A stretch of DNA of 59,220 bases, the filler included. It is 5 parts of 5 records of this genome, joined end to end, with 100 filler letters (N's around TTAATTAATTAA, not from the genome) between each part and the next. Parts side by side here need not be neighbours in the genome. Positions count along the whole stretch, not along the records: positions 31,325 to 59,220 come from DRR723986_4120; 4 more parts are not named here. One strand, 5' to 3'. The translations under genes and the position numbers were made by a program. Of the stretch, positions 58,116 to 59,220 are shown in pieces (the stretch's first letter is position 1; each line of letters begins with the position of its first letter). The notes under the pieces are model-generated. The model made no database searches. It was given only the letters and a program-made list of their open reading frames with translations, and was not told the DNA's origin.

Positions 58116-59017
58116 CGGCAGGCCTCCGCCCAGTTCATCACGGTAGAGATCAATTCATCCCGCGACCATGAGAAAGAGTGGTCGCCCGAGAGAACGACGC
58201 CGGTCGTGTCGATCGCCGGGTCTGCCTCATAGGCCGCGATGAGCGGGCGGATAATGGCGTCCGCCGGGACGGACGTGTCCTTGTCGCCGCCGATGATGAG
58301 GATACGTTTGCCTTCAAACTGCTGCGCGAGGCCCTGCAAGCCGAAGGCATCCTTGTTGGCCTCGATCTCTGCCATGATCTTCTCGCCGGTCAGCCCGTGC
58401 AGCATCTGGAGACTGTCACTATAGGCCATGAAGCCGGCCTTCGCCTGCGGGTCCGCTTCGAAGAACTGGGCCATCGCGCCGACATTTGCCGGGGCGATGC
58501 CCGCAGCGCAGCGGATCGCGTCATCGCGTGCGGCGGCCTGAAGCGAGGCAAAGCCTCCCATGGAGTGCCCCACAAGCACGATATGATCCGGATTGGTCCG
58601 GTACTGGTCCGCGTTGGTGCGTAGGAAATCGGTCGCGCTGGCCACATCCTCGATCACATGTGTGAGCGTGTAGTCGCCTTCGCTGCCCCAGGCGCCGCGA
58701 TAGTGGAAGAACAAAACGTTCCACCCCGCCGCGCGCATGTCCTGCGCGAGGTCCAGATTCTTTTCATTCCCCGGAAAACCGTGCAGCAGCACGACCGCCG
58801 GGTGCGGCCCCGGCCCGTCTGCGACATAGACAATGCCATTCAACCGGTCGCCATGACTGTCGAAGGAAATCTCCTCAATCGCGGGCGGGAAGGCTTCGTC
58901 ATAGGCGGGCGCAGCCGTGATGGCAGGCGTTTCCACGGCCGCGTCAGTCGGGACGGTTACGCAGGCTGTGAGCAGGGCGGCGCCGGCAAGGGCGGTGAAA
59001 AGGGATACGTGTGTCAT
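58112..59017 (-). CDS. Alpha/beta hydrolase lipoprotein
   Basis: LLTAC lipobox; LLHGFPG, YRGAWGSEG, GHSMGG nucleophile, D..V and DHSF. Confidence 0.9.
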   Translation of the reverse strand: MTHVSLFTALAGAALLTACVTVPTDAAVETPAITAAPAYDEAFPPAIEEISFDSHGDRLNGIVYVADGPGPHPAVVLLHGFPGNEKNLDLAQDMRAAGWNVLFFHYRGAWGSEGDYTLTHVIEDVASATDFLRTNADQYRTNPDHIVLVGHSMGGFASLQAAARDDAIRCAAGIAPANVGAMAQFFEADPQAKAGFMAYSDSLQMLHGLTGEKIMAEIEANKDAFGLQGLAQQFEGKRILIIGGDKDTSVPADAIIRPLIAAYEADPAIDTTGVVLSGDHSFSWSRDELISTVMNWAEACR

Positions 59018-59169
59018 GAAGGTCCTCCGGTCAGCGGAGCTTACGCGGGAAGGCGGGTGGGGGAAAGGCCGGGCGCTTTCCCCTCGCCCCTGGCCCGCCC
59101 CGACTGGGAATGCAGGGTGAAAGCGGACAGGCAATCCTACAGGCTCGCGTGGGGGCCATCCTTGCGCGT

Positions 59170-59220
59170 ATGCATCCTGATCTACAACGCTTCTTCAACC
59201 ATGTCTGGCCGATCTTCTGG
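59170..59220 (+). CDS. Possible start of a hypothetical gene, cut by the window end
   Basis: ATG then 17 open codons MHPDLQRFFNHVWPIFW. Confidence 0.3.
   Translation, partial: MHPDLQRFFNHVWPIFW

Overview
This window is not one locus. It is five sequence pieces joined by four identical artificial 100-bp linkers (N44-TTAATTAATTAA-N44, stops in all six frames) at 8933-9032, 16891-16990, 25467-25566 and 31225-31324, so no linkage can be inferred across them. Taxonomic labels below are inferred from gene content and composition. Piece 1 (1-8932, Hyphomonadaceae/Caulobacterales-like): serC end, serA, a PagL-like barrel, purA, and ethylmalonyl-CoA pathway genes ccr and meaA/ecm. Piece 2 (9033-16890, high-GC Rhodobacteraceae-like): ltnD-otnK-otnC tetronate catabolism, an FAD oxidoreductase, phosphomannomutase, ugd and a Hint-domain protein. 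Piece 3 (16991-25466, lower GC, Planctomycetota-like): two Gfo/Idh/MocA oxidoreductases, an AMMECR1-Memo fusion, an RluA-family enzyme and hairpin repeats. Piece 4 (25567-31224, Rhodobacteraceae-like): the right end of an integrated element (ParB-HTH, Zn-ribbon/GIY-YIG, serine resolvase with res-like site, small membrane protein) that ends in a tRNA 3'-end fragment (att), followed by pirin, a DMT transporter and the start of a tRNA. Piece 5 (31325-59220, Hyphomonas-like): sufE/divJ/DUF1491 region, prfC, ABC-F, an AAA ATPase, TauD, RNA-modification genes, PBP1A, a flavin monooxygenase, two TetRs, GGDEF, yraN/GNAT/rsmI/lpoA and dnaJ. Best leads: the tRNA-integrated element, a 617-bp GNAT cassette inserted with a 13-bp duplication at the rsmI-yraN junction with apparent yraN decay, CtrA-like boxes in front of uncharacterised genes, PhaR-like palindromes at ccr and meaA, and the AMMECR1-Memo fusion. 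No CRISPR array or rRNA was seen, and I cannot demonstrate a new system from the sequence alone.
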